From assembly GCA_900547105.1 (NCBI GenBank), contig URFL01000003.1:1-64000 (forward strand): DNA of 64,000 nucleotides, written 5' to 3'. Below the pieces are notes generated by a model, which made no database searches, had not been told where the DNA came from, and saw nothing but the letters and a program-made list of their open reading frames with translations. This DNA is from an uncultured Oscillospiraceae bacterium. GTDB lineage: Bacteria > Bacillota > Clostridia > Oscillospirales > Acutalibacteraceae. The position numbers and the translations under genes were made by a program. Within the stretch, counting starts at the first letter, position 1. The number at the start of each line of letters is the position of its first letter. Shown piece by piece: positions 30,322 to 38,088 of the stretch.

Positions 30322-31026
30322 TTATTCTTCGTCCAACGGACGAACCACTAACACATTTTGATTCATCACACCGGTCACCTTGACCATTTCATCGGTGCGA
30401 AGATTGCGTTTGGCGGTGGTCACCGCGCTCAGCTCCACATACCGCTCCTGCAGCGTCATGGTGACTTTGCCGGAACGCTTGCCCTGTGCCGGAATGGGAA
30501 TATACACTTGGGCGGTTTTGCCCACCGCGCCGCGCAGATCCAGATTGCCCTGATCCTGCAGCGACAGGCTCCATTTGATAAACCACGCGGTCAGCAGCAG
30601 CGCCGCGGCGCCGCCCGCCACCGCAATGGCTATGACCGCGGCAGTCGCCAGCGTGGTTTCCGCCAGCGCAATGCCCAACCAGCCGCCAACCGCGAAAAAC
30701 GCCACCAGCCCGCGCACGGTGAACAGTCGCAGCCCCGCCGCGTGGTGCGCCGGATCGTGGGTATCGTGATCGTCTGCGTCATGGTCGTCATGGTCAAAGG
30801 CGTGTTCCGCGCCGTGATCGAACTCGTGCGCGTCGTGATCCCAGCCGTGGTCGCCCAATCCGCTGTGGTCGTCCGCCATTTCTCCGTGATCTGCGTCGTG
30901 ACCGCCCAGCCCGATCAGCAGCAGCACCGTTTGCAGCACCAGCATCACCGTTGCGGGAATCGCCACGACCGCGAAACTCTGCTGCAGCATATTCAGCGCA
31001 TTCCACCAATCATAAAACCATTGCAT
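30322..31026 (-). CDS. NfeD-like membrane protein (YuaF-like flotillin partner) with a His/Asp-rich insert
   Basis: TM segments plus a C-terminal OB-fold-like region (…VGKTAQVYIPIPAQGKRSGKVTMTL…VVRPL). Contains an approximately 60-aa insert, GHDADHGEMADDHSGLGDHGWDHDAHEFDHGAEHAFDHDDHDADDHDTHDPAHH. Confidence 0.75.
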   Translation of the reverse strand: MQWFYDWWNALNMLQQSFAVVAIPATVMLVLQTVLLLIGLGGHDADHGEMADDHSGLGDHGWDHDAHEFDHGAEHAFDHDDHDADDHDTHDPAHHAAGLRLFTVRGLVAFFAVGGWLGIALAETTLATAAVIAIAVAGGAAALLLTAWFIKWSLSLQDQGNLDLRGAVGKTAQVYIPIPAQGKRSGKVTMTLQERYVELSAVTTAKRNLRTDEMVKVTGVMNQNVLVVRPLDEE

Positions 31027-31070
31027 ACGCTTCCCTCCTTATTTTTCACTATATGTCGGCACCCCGACCC

Positions 31071-31646
31071 TTATCCGTTGTCTTCCTGAATCCATTTTTC
31101 CAGCCGTCCCTCCGCCAAATGCTTCATGCGGGATGCTTGATACGCCAGCACCATAATCTCCAGCGCCCGCGCCAGGCACGCCTTGGAATCCAGCTTGGGA
31201 CCGGTGTAATCCGCCAGCTGGCGCTGCACCGCCTCGCGGATTTCGGCGGTGGAGCTGCGCAGATCCGACAGATCCGCCAACAAGCTGCAAAGTCGGTTGT
31301 ACAGCTCGCCCTCGTCGATGATATCGTCCGACACATCCTCGACCGAGCCGTTGACCTTGCCCAGCAGCTGGGCAATTTTCTCCAGCGGCAAACAATCCCG
31401 CAGCACGTTGATGAGAAGAATGCGGGCGATCTGGCGCTGGGTATATTTTTTGCCCACCGGACGGGAAATCCACCCGCGTTTGACCCAGTTTTGGATGGTG
31501 GACGCCTCCAGCCCGGTGATTCCGACAATTTGGGACAGGCTGAGTCCTCCCGCCACATTGCACAGCGACGAAACAGCGGCAAACAATTCTTTGCCCGCGC
31601 TGGGGTCATACGGCATCACGGTGCCGGGTATAGTCGTCAACTGCAT
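31071..31646 (-). CDS. DUF1836-like HTH-domain protein (putative regulator of the flotillin operon)
   Basis: N-terminal MerR-like HTH (LSLSQIVGITGLEASTIQNWVKRGWI). This family commonly lies upstream of floT/nfeD in Firmicutes. Confidence 0.6.
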   Translation of the reverse strand: MQLTTIPGTVMPYDPSAGKELFAAVSSLCNVAGGLSLSQIVGITGLEASTIQNWVKRGWISRPVGKKYTQRQIARILLINVLRDCLPLEKIAQLLGKVNGSVEDVSDDIIDEGELYNRLCSLLADLSDLRSSTAEIREAVQRQLADYTGPKLDSKACLARALEIMVLAYQASRMKHLAEGRLEKWIQEDNG

Positions 31647-31844
31647 AGGCTCACCTCTTTTGTGCTTTTACAACGTTTTGTGGTGTCTTTACTATATCAC
31701 AGGTTCATATGAACCTCAAATGCGTTCTGTTGCCTTTTTACCTGTTTTTCTTCATTGGCTGCTGTTTTTCTTTTGTTTTCTCGCTTTTTCTCCCGCAATC
31801 TCCATTTTTCGACAAGTGAAGATATACAATCCAGTAGTGTGCGC

Positions 31845-32345
31845 AAGCGGATGAGCTGGAAAAGCAAACACCTTCTGGCTGCAGGCTCAAGGCCCCTTTG
31901 AGTAAAGAGAGCTGTCACGACCGTGGTCGTGACAGGGGGATTGTCGCCATCTATCGGACGGCGTTTGAGCGAGCCTTTTCGTTACAATCTCTCCGTCTTT
32001 TTGCGCAGCAAAAATCCACCTCCCTTTGCACAAGGGAGGCTTTGGCATACCTCTGGTGTCAGAAAATCTACAAATTTCTGACACCTCATCCGTCACGACC
32101 TACGGTCGCGCCACCTTTTTCTCCCGAAGACGGGCCCCTTTTGTCGGCTGCGCCGACATTTCCCCCGCGCACGGGGGAATCACCTCCAAGGGGAAGGCTT
32201 GCGGAAATTTTGCGTATTTCCTGTCATTCTGAGCGAAGCGAAGAATCTTCTCCGGCATTGCCCCTCTTTCTTCGTAGGGGGCGATGCCCACATCGCCCCA
32301 CAAGCAAACGCCCCGCCTCGCGGTTATCCGCTCCTCTCCTTACGC
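31845..32345. repeat. dispersed structured repeat element, copy A (about 500 bp, palindrome-rich)
   Basis: Co-linear similarity with 43428-43765: …gcggatgagNtggaaaagcaa…caaggcccctttgNgtaaag…ctgtcacgaccNtggtcgtgac…gggggattgtcgcc…ttttcgttacaatcNctccgtc…cacctccctttgcacaagggaggc…tttgacacctcatcc…ggggaaggcttgcg…. Internal perfect palindromes CTGTCACGACCGTGGTCGTGACAG and CCTCCCTTTGCACAAGGGAGG. Confidence 0.85.
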
Positions 32346-32346
32346 A

Positions 32347-32400
32347 CAAAAAACACGGGTGAGCCATACGGCCCACCCGTGTTTTCGTCCGGAAATCCGG
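32347..32400 (-). terminator. rho-independent terminator of pckG
   Basis: acacgggtg…cacccgtgt stem with a T-run on the minus strand, plus the small hairpin ccggaaatccgg. Confidence 0.8.
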
Positions 32401-32401
32401 A

Positions 32402-34165
32402 TTATTTCAGATTGTTTTCCAGCGTGTTCAGCTCGGCGGTCAGTTCAGCCGGCAGCTTGTCGCCAAACTTGCTGTAGAACTGTTTGATGCCGTCCAGCTC
32501 GTTCGCCCACAGCGATTTGTCCACTTCCAGGATCGACTTCAGCGTGTCGATCGAGAAGTTGTCCAGACCCTCGAGGTTGATATCCTCGGCGTTCGGCACA
32601 TAACCGATCGCGGTCTCGTTCGCATCCGCTTTGCCTTCGCAGCGTTTGATGATCCACTCCAACACACGCAGGTTGTCGCCGAAGCCCGGCCACACGAAGT
32701 GACCCTCGTCGTCGGTGCGGAACCAGTTGACATTGAAGATCTTCGGCGCTTTGTCGCCCAGCTTCTCGCCCATTTCGATCCAGTGTGCCCAATAATCGGC
32801 CATATGATAACCGCAGAACGGCAGCATCGCCATCGGGTCGCGGCGCACAACGCCCACAGCGCCGGTCGCGGCAGCAGTGGTTTCGGAAGCCATGATGGAG
32901 CCTACGAACACGCCGTGGTTCCAGTCACGCGATTGATACACCAGCGGAGCGGTTTTGGCACGACGACCACCGAACACGATCGCGGAGATCGGCACGCCGG
33001 TGCCCGAGTTGAACTCCGGAGAGATGCAGGGGCAATTTTTCGCCGGCGCAGTGAAACGGCTGTTGGGATGAGCGCCTTTGGAACCATCGGTGCAATCCCA
33101 TTTCTCGCCCTTCCAGTTGAGCGCGTTTTTCGGCGGGTTCTTGTCCAGACCCTCCCACCACACGGTGTTGTCGTCCAGGTTGTGGGCAACGTTGGTGAAG
33201 ATGGTGCCCTGGCGGGTAGAAGCCAGCGCGTTGGGGTTGGATTTTTCGTTGGTGCCGGGAGCCACGCCGAAGAAGCCGTTCTCCGGGTTGACCGCCCACA
33301 GGCGACCGTCGGGACCGATGCGCATCCAGGCGATATCATCGCCCACGCACCAGACCTTGTAGCCTTTCTTCTTGTACAGCTCCGGCGGGATCAGCATAGC
33401 GAGGTTGGTCTTACCGCAAGCCGACGGGAACGCCGCGGCGATGTATTTGATCTCGCCCTGCGGATTTTCCAGACCCAGAATCAGCATATGCTCAGCCATC
33501 CAGCCCTCTTTACGACCCAGGTTGGAGGCAATACGCAGCGCGAAGCATTTTTTGCCCAGCAGCACGTTTCCGCCGTAACCGGAGTTGACCGAGATGATGG
33601 TGTTATCCTGCGGGAAGTGGCAGATATACCGTTTGCTTTCGTCGATATCGCATTTGCAGTGCAGACCGCGCACCCAATCGTCGCTGTCGCCCAGAGCATC
33701 CAGCACATTCTGGCCCACACGGGTCATAATGGCCATGTTCAGCACCACATAGATGGAGTCGGTCAGCTCAATGCCGTATTTGGCAAAGGGCGAACCCACC
33801 GGACCCATGGAGTACGGGATGACATACATGGTGCGACCCTGATAGCTGCCGCGCGCAATGTCGTACAGCATTTTATAGGCTTTCGCGGGCTCCATCCAGT
33901 TGTTGGTCGGGCCGGCGTCTTCCTCTTTCTCGGCGCAGATAAAGGTACGATCCTCCACACGCGCCACGTCGTTGACAGCGGTGCGATGCAGATAGCAGCC
34001 CGGCAGTTTTTCCTGATTCAGTTTGATCATTTCGCCAGACTGGCAAGCCTCGGCGCGCAGCGCCTCCAGCTGTTCCTCGGAGCCGTCGATCCACACGACT
34101 TTGTCGGGGTTGACCAGCTCTTTTTTCTCTTCGATCCAAGACAGAACCGATTTGTTGTTCGTCAT
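32402..34165 (-). CDS. pckG: phosphoenolpyruvate carboxykinase (GTP)
   Basis: MTNNKSVLSWIEEKKELVNPDKVVWIDGSEEQLEA… and kinase-1a-type motif (…FPSACGKTNLAM…) fit GTP-dependent PEPCK. Start at 34165 with RBS aaagggg. Confidence 0.95.
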   Translation of the reverse strand: MTNNKSVLSWIEEKKELVNPDKVVWIDGSEEQLEALRAEACQSGEMIKLNQEKLPGCYLHRTAVNDVARVEDRTFICAEKEEDAGPTNNWMEPAKAYKMLYDIARGSYQGRTMYVIPYSMGPVGSPFAKYGIELTDSIYVVLNMAIMTRVGQNVLDALGDSDDWVRGLHCKCDIDESKRYICHFPQDNTIISVNSGYGGNVLLGKKCFALRIASNLGRKEGWMAEHMLILGLENPQGEIKYIAAAFPSACGKTNLAMLIPPELYKKKGYKVWCVGDDIAWMRIGPDGRLWAVNPENGFFGVAPGTNEKSNPNALASTRQGTIFTNVAHNLDDNTVWWEGLDKNPPKNALNWKGEKWDCTDGSKGAHPNSRFTAPAKNCPCISPEFNSGTGVPISAIVFGGRRAKTAPLVYQSRDWNHGVFVGSIMASETTAAATGAVGVVRRDPMAMLPFCGYHMADYWAHWIEMGEKLGDKAPKIFNVNWFRTDDEGHFVWPGFGDNLRVLEWIIKRCEGKADANETAIGYVPNAEDINLEGLDNFSIDTLKSILEVDKSLWANELDGIKQFYSKFGDKLPAELTAELNTLENNLK

Positions 34166-34405
34166 AATACAAAATCCCCTTTCGCGAAATTTCGTGAACG
34201 CCTTTATTATAGTGTGTTCCTGTCGGAATGGCAATATCCAAATTGTAAAGAATTTGATAATTTTTTGACGATTATTGAGAATTCTGCATATTCGCGCGTA
34301 AAATCCTGCAAATATGGCTCATCCTCGCGACAAGAAAAAACACTGGACTACATCTATCTTTCATAAGTAGAAGTAGCCCAGCAGTCCTAATTTGTTTCTC
34401 AAGTG

Positions 34406-34858
34406 CTAGATCGCCGCTTGCGTTTTCTTGTCAAAAATCCGATTTACAGATTTCACCTTATTATCCAGTTGGCGAACGATTTCGTTGCCCTCTTCTGCAA
34501 TCTCTCTGGCATCCTCTTCGCAGTACGGGTTCTTCATCAGGCTATGGATATATGCATCTCGGCGGTCCTTCCATGTCCAAATCTCATCAATAAATGAGAG
34601 CGGAATTCTTTTACGAATTTGCTTATCCGTAAAAGGTGCGCTGTCATGTATTTTATTCAGCTTGATGCTAAGTTTCAATGGGTGACCTTGTTTATTTGTT
34701 AACTTTATGGTCCCCTCATGACGCAAAACCGATTCAGTTCTGTCTTCGATCATGGCGTATTCGATAAAAACTGCCTCAAGCCAAAAGCCATGCCTCAGTG
34801 CTTTGGAAAGCTTCACCTTGTATTGGGCGTATGTATATTGCTTGTCCGTGTTGTTCAT
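34406..34858 (-). CDS. hypothetical protein (150 aa), distal gene of the low-GC island
   Basis: ORF with RBS ggagggg before MNNTDKQYTYAQYKVKLSKALRHGFWLEAVFIEYAMIEDRTE…. No domain recognised. Codon usage is AT-richer than the flanking genes. Confidence 0.6.
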   Translation of the reverse strand: MNNTDKQYTYAQYKVKLSKALRHGFWLEAVFIEYAMIEDRTESVLRHEGTIKLTNKQGHPLKLSIKLNKIHDSAPFTDKQIRKRIPLSFIDEIWTWKDRRDAYIHSLMKNPYCEEDAREIAEEGNEIVRQLDNKVKSVNRIFDKKTQAAI

Positions 34859-34941
34859 ACCGTTCCCCTCCGGTTTGTTTTCTCCTTTTGGCACCTCACC
34901 GGAAAGTATATATTCTCACATGTGCTCACCTTTTGTGCCGA

Positions 34942-37341
34942 TCACGGCTTTTTAAAATAAAGAAAGTCACTATATTCCGTTGTGTCAGTATTTCCGTTAG
35001 TGTGAGTATACACTTTTATCGTACAATTACCGTTGTTATCGTATGTATATTCCGTTTCACATATAGCGTCGTTAGAATACACACACACTTCTTTCACACG
35101 GTTTCCGTTATCATCATATTTGTACTCCGTCGCGTTCATAAAGCCGCTATACCCTGTACAAACTTCTTTTATACAGCTTCCTTTATTATCGTATGTGTAT
35201 CTCGTCGTACTTATGCCGCCACCAGCACCTGTAAATACTGCCTCCACACAATTTGCATTGTCATCATATTTGTATTCCGTTGTGCTTGAATAGTCTCTGG
35301 AATTCGCATACACTTCCTTTACACAATTTCCATTGCTATCGTATTCGTATTCCGTTGTGCTTGTATCTCCACTATACCCTGTACAGACTTCTTTCACGCA
35401 GTTTCCAGTATTATCATATTCGTACTCCGTTGTGCTTATATCACCATCAAAGGCCGTGTCAACTTTTTTCACACAATTTCCATTGTTATCGTATTTGTAT
35501 TCTGTCGTACTTATTCTACCATTATATTCCGTGTGTACTTCACATTGCGGCTTCGAAAGAATCGAGCGGTAATAGTTCACAGCATCCTTATAGCCGCCCG
35601 CTGCATAAAATTGAGCACGGGCTTCTCCGTACTTTCCGGCGTTGTATAACTCCATACCCGCATTATACTTGTAACTTGGAATAACGACTGTTGTCAGCAC
35701 AACAACAAGGGTAATGCAAGCAGCAATAATCGGCATCCCGATAGCAAAGAATTTTCTGCGCGCCTTTTTGGCTTTTTCCTCTTCTATTTTAATCTGCTCA
35801 ATCTTCTTTTGGCAGGCATACACCTGCTCATCCGCATCTTTCCAGCCAGAAATGGATTGAAACAACTCGATGGCTTCCTCATAAGCGCTGCTATCCTCGC
35901 CCACCATCTGTGACTTGGCCGAACCATATAGGGCATCTTTTCGACAGCACTCTGCTTTGTCGAAGCACTCCTCCGCAAGCTTCTTCGAATCTTTAAATTC
36001 TCCAACACTCTGAAAAGCCTGCGCAGCCGCTTTATACGCCTCCTCCGTATCGGCGGAATTCATGGCGTTGACCGCCCCGTTATATACATTGGTCAGTCGC
36101 TCATTTTCGTTACGTTGATTGATATACGCAATATAGTCGTTCATTGTTTTCGTCAAGGTGGGGTCGGCAAACCGCAACACCTTATGAAAATTGCTGCTTT
36201 TATCAAAGGGGTGTTTACAGTTCTTTAATTGCCCTTGCTCGCGCACACGCAGCTCCGCCATCAGTTTGCCCAAATACGCGCGCGCATTTTCCGGATCCTG
36301 ATCCAGCACTTTTTCACAATAGGCATCCGCCTCCTGCCAATCACCGTCTTCCAAAAACATAAAAACCCGTTTCAAAAGCGGTTCCACGCTTACATTACCG
36401 CTATCCATCACCACGGTTTCCTGAACCGTTTTCTTGGGCATATCCGCCGAAACAATTTTCTTAATTCCCCGAATCAAATCCTGCATAAACCCGAGTTTGG
36501 ACATATCTTGCGCCTGTAGATGAGAAAATTCTTCGGGCAAATCGTAAGGATCCATATCCTTGTAAGCGGGAATCAGCGTTTTTTTGCCGCCGCTGTTCTT
36601 CACCAATGCCAAATACCGGCTCCACTCGTTTTTCACCCAGACAGCATTAAAATACTCCGGCTTTGTACCCAGTACTACCATAACCTTTGCACTGTTAAGA
36701 GCAGCAAATATATACGGCTCATACGCCGTGCCCAGTTTGTCCTCCAAAGTGATGCGAGCAAAGAACACCTTGAAGCCTTCCTGCGTCAGCTGGTGGTACA
36801 TATCGTTGGCAAGCACACTGTCTTGGGTACGACGACCGCTAGCATCCGTTTCCTTGTAACAGATAAATATGTCAAAAGGTTGTTCTTTTTGAGAGATAGC
36901 CAAAATACCCTTTTGAATCTCGTTGATGGTTTGTGCTTCCGACTCGTAAATCTCTCGCTGAACAGCATCGGCATATCGTAGGGCAGATTTATAGTTATCA
37001 TCATCAAAGACCGATGTAAACTGCGCTCGATTTACCGTAGGTATACGCTTATGCGAACCCGGATCCTCCACATATTCAATACCATAGCGGCAAAGCACCA
37101 GAGACCAATACGCCTCGGCATCCGTCTTGTCCTCGGTCAGGATTTGCTCATATATCCCCATGGCTTTGTCATATTCATTGCTGCGCCGAAAATGATTGGC
37201 TCGATCATAAAGATTTGCCCGCCGATCATCATCCAATTTGGGCAAGGTTTGCTTGGTGCCGCAGCTGTCGCAAACAGCTACGGTGTCACCGGGGTGAAGT
37301 TCCAGTGTCCCTCCGCACATTTTGCATTTGAATACTGTCAT
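34942..37341 (-). CDS. multidomain TIR-domain protein: N-terminal zinc ribbon, TIR domain, TPR-like helical region, single TM helix, C-terminal YD-like tandem repeats (799 aa)
   Basis: Zinc ribbon MTVFKCKMCGGTLELHPGDTVAVCDSCGTKQTLP. TIR-like block FDIFICYKETDASGRRTQDSVLANDMYHQLTQEGFKVFFARITLEDKLGTAYEPYIFAALNSAKVMVVLGTKPEYFNAVWVKNEWSRYLAL. TPR-like region (…AYCEKVLDQDPENARAYLGKLMAELR…). TM helix FFAIGMPIIAACITLVVVLTTVVIP. About 7.5 repeats of around 25 aa (ISTTEYEYDNTGNCVKEVCTGYSGD), matching the YxYDxxGN YD-repeat core. RBS aaggag. Confidence 0.8.
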   Translation of the reverse strand: MTVFKCKMCGGTLELHPGDTVAVCDSCGTKQTLPKLDDDRRANLYDRANHFRRSNEYDKAMGIYEQILTEDKTDAEAYWSLVLCRYGIEYVEDPGSHKRIPTVNRAQFTSVFDDDNYKSALRYADAVQREIYESEAQTINEIQKGILAISQKEQPFDIFICYKETDASGRRTQDSVLANDMYHQLTQEGFKVFFARITLEDKLGTAYEPYIFAALNSAKVMVVLGTKPEYFNAVWVKNEWSRYLALVKNSGGKKTLIPAYKDMDPYDLPEEFSHLQAQDMSKLGFMQDLIRGIKKIVSADMPKKTVQETVVMDSGNVSVEPLLKRVFMFLEDGDWQEADAYCEKVLDQDPENARAYLGKLMAELRVREQGQLKNCKHPFDKSSNFHKVLRFADPTLTKTMNDYIAYINQRNENERLTNVYNGAVNAMNSADTEEAYKAAAQAFQSVGEFKDSKKLAEECFDKAECCRKDALYGSAKSQMVGEDSSAYEEAIELFQSISGWKDADEQVYACQKKIEQIKIEEEKAKKARRKFFAIGMPIIAACITLVVVLTTVVIPSYKYNAGMELYNAGKYGEARAQFYAAGGYKDAVNYYRSILSKPQCEVHTEYNGRISTTEYKYDNNGNCVKKVDTAFDGDISTTEYEYDNTGNCVKEVCTGYSGDTSTTEYEYDSNGNCVKEVYANSRDYSSTTEYKYDDNANCVEAVFTGAGGGISTTRYTYDNKGSCIKEVCTGYSGFMNATEYKYDDNGNRVKEVCVYSNDAICETEYTYDNNGNCTIKVYTHTNGNTDTTEYSDFLYFKKP
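34955..35545. repeat. 75-bp tandem DNA repeats encoding the YD-like repeats of the TIR protein
   Basis: Visible near-periodic repetition (…acacaatttccattgNtatcgtatttgtattcNgtcgtacttat…). Explains the spurious + strand ORFs at 35033-35684. Confidence 0.8.
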
Positions 37342-37417
37342 TGAAGATTACTCCTTAATGAAACGAGATTTATGAAGAGTGCTTAGATATCAGGGCTGTT
37401 ATATTTATAAAATATAT

Positions 37418-38086
37418 CTATTTCAGCATTTTGCATTTTTTATTTCGCTCATCTAAAAGCGAATGAAGTTCAGCGACAACCTCCGTTTTATCGACAGCAG
37501 CTTTCAATTCGATCATCTTTTCTGTGATCCGGCTTTCTAAACCAGCGAGTTGCTCATGGCTCACAGGATCGGAGAACCGAATTTTCTCCGCAAGCTGCCC
37601 AAGCGCCGATTTTATGGCTGTATCCGTTTCTGTATCAGCCAACAGTTCAACCTCCGTCTGCAACTGCTTGATATAGAAAGTCTTTTTCTGTATCTTTGTA
37701 TCCACTCGTTCAATTTCGCTGCGTCCGGCATCCGAAGCAATCATACAAACCGCAGATACCCCGGTTATCACTGCACAAGCCACAACGGCGCTCCAAGCCG
37801 GCAGCGCCGAAACGAACAGAAACACTGCAAGCGCAACAACCTGAATCACCAGATAGACCGCGCCAATATAAACGACCGGAAAGCCAAGGAACTTGCTTTT
37901 CATTGTTTCTTCGCGTTCAAGCGCTATTTTCCAAATAAACAGCTGTGCTGCAAAGGCTACCACGGTGAATCCGTAGGCAATCCAAAACGCCGCGGTTTTA
38001 GCCGTGGGCACCACAAACGCAACAACGCTTATCAATACAAACAGAATGCCGAGAACGGCATATCCCTTTGCACTATTCTTTTTCAT
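37418..38086 (-). CDS. membrane protein (4 TM) with C-terminal cytoplasmic coiled-coil; partner of the SPFH/zinc-ribbon protein
   Basis: Start MKKNSAKGYAVLGILFVLISVVAFVV at 38086 (RBS agggagg), separated by 2 nt from the stop of the upstream SPFH gene. Coiled-coil tail (…QLQTEVELLADTETDTAIKSALGQLAEKIRF…). Confidence 0.7.
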   Translation of the reverse strand: MKKNSAKGYAVLGILFVLISVVAFVVPTAKTAAFWIAYGFTVVAFAAQLFIWKIALEREETMKSKFLGFPVVYIGAVYLVIQVVALAVFLFVSALPAWSAVVACAVITGVSAVCMIASDAGRSEIERVDTKIQKKTFYIKQLQTEVELLADTETDTAIKSALGQLAEKIRFSDPVSHEQLAGLESRITEKMIELKAAVDKTEVVAELHSLLDERNKKCKMLK

Positions 38087-38088
38087 TG

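Noticed and set aside
31845-32345. Insertion sequence / transposon at the dispersed repeats
   Set aside because: No transposase or integrase ORF and no clear terminal inverted repeats with target-site duplication could be identified by eye, so these are called repeats, not mobile elements.
35033-35684. Three overlapping + strand ORFs with repetitive Ser/Tyr/Leu-rich translations
   Set aside because: They lie antisense to the 75-bp tandem repeats of the TIR gene, with periodic sequence and no RBS. They are by-products of the repeat.
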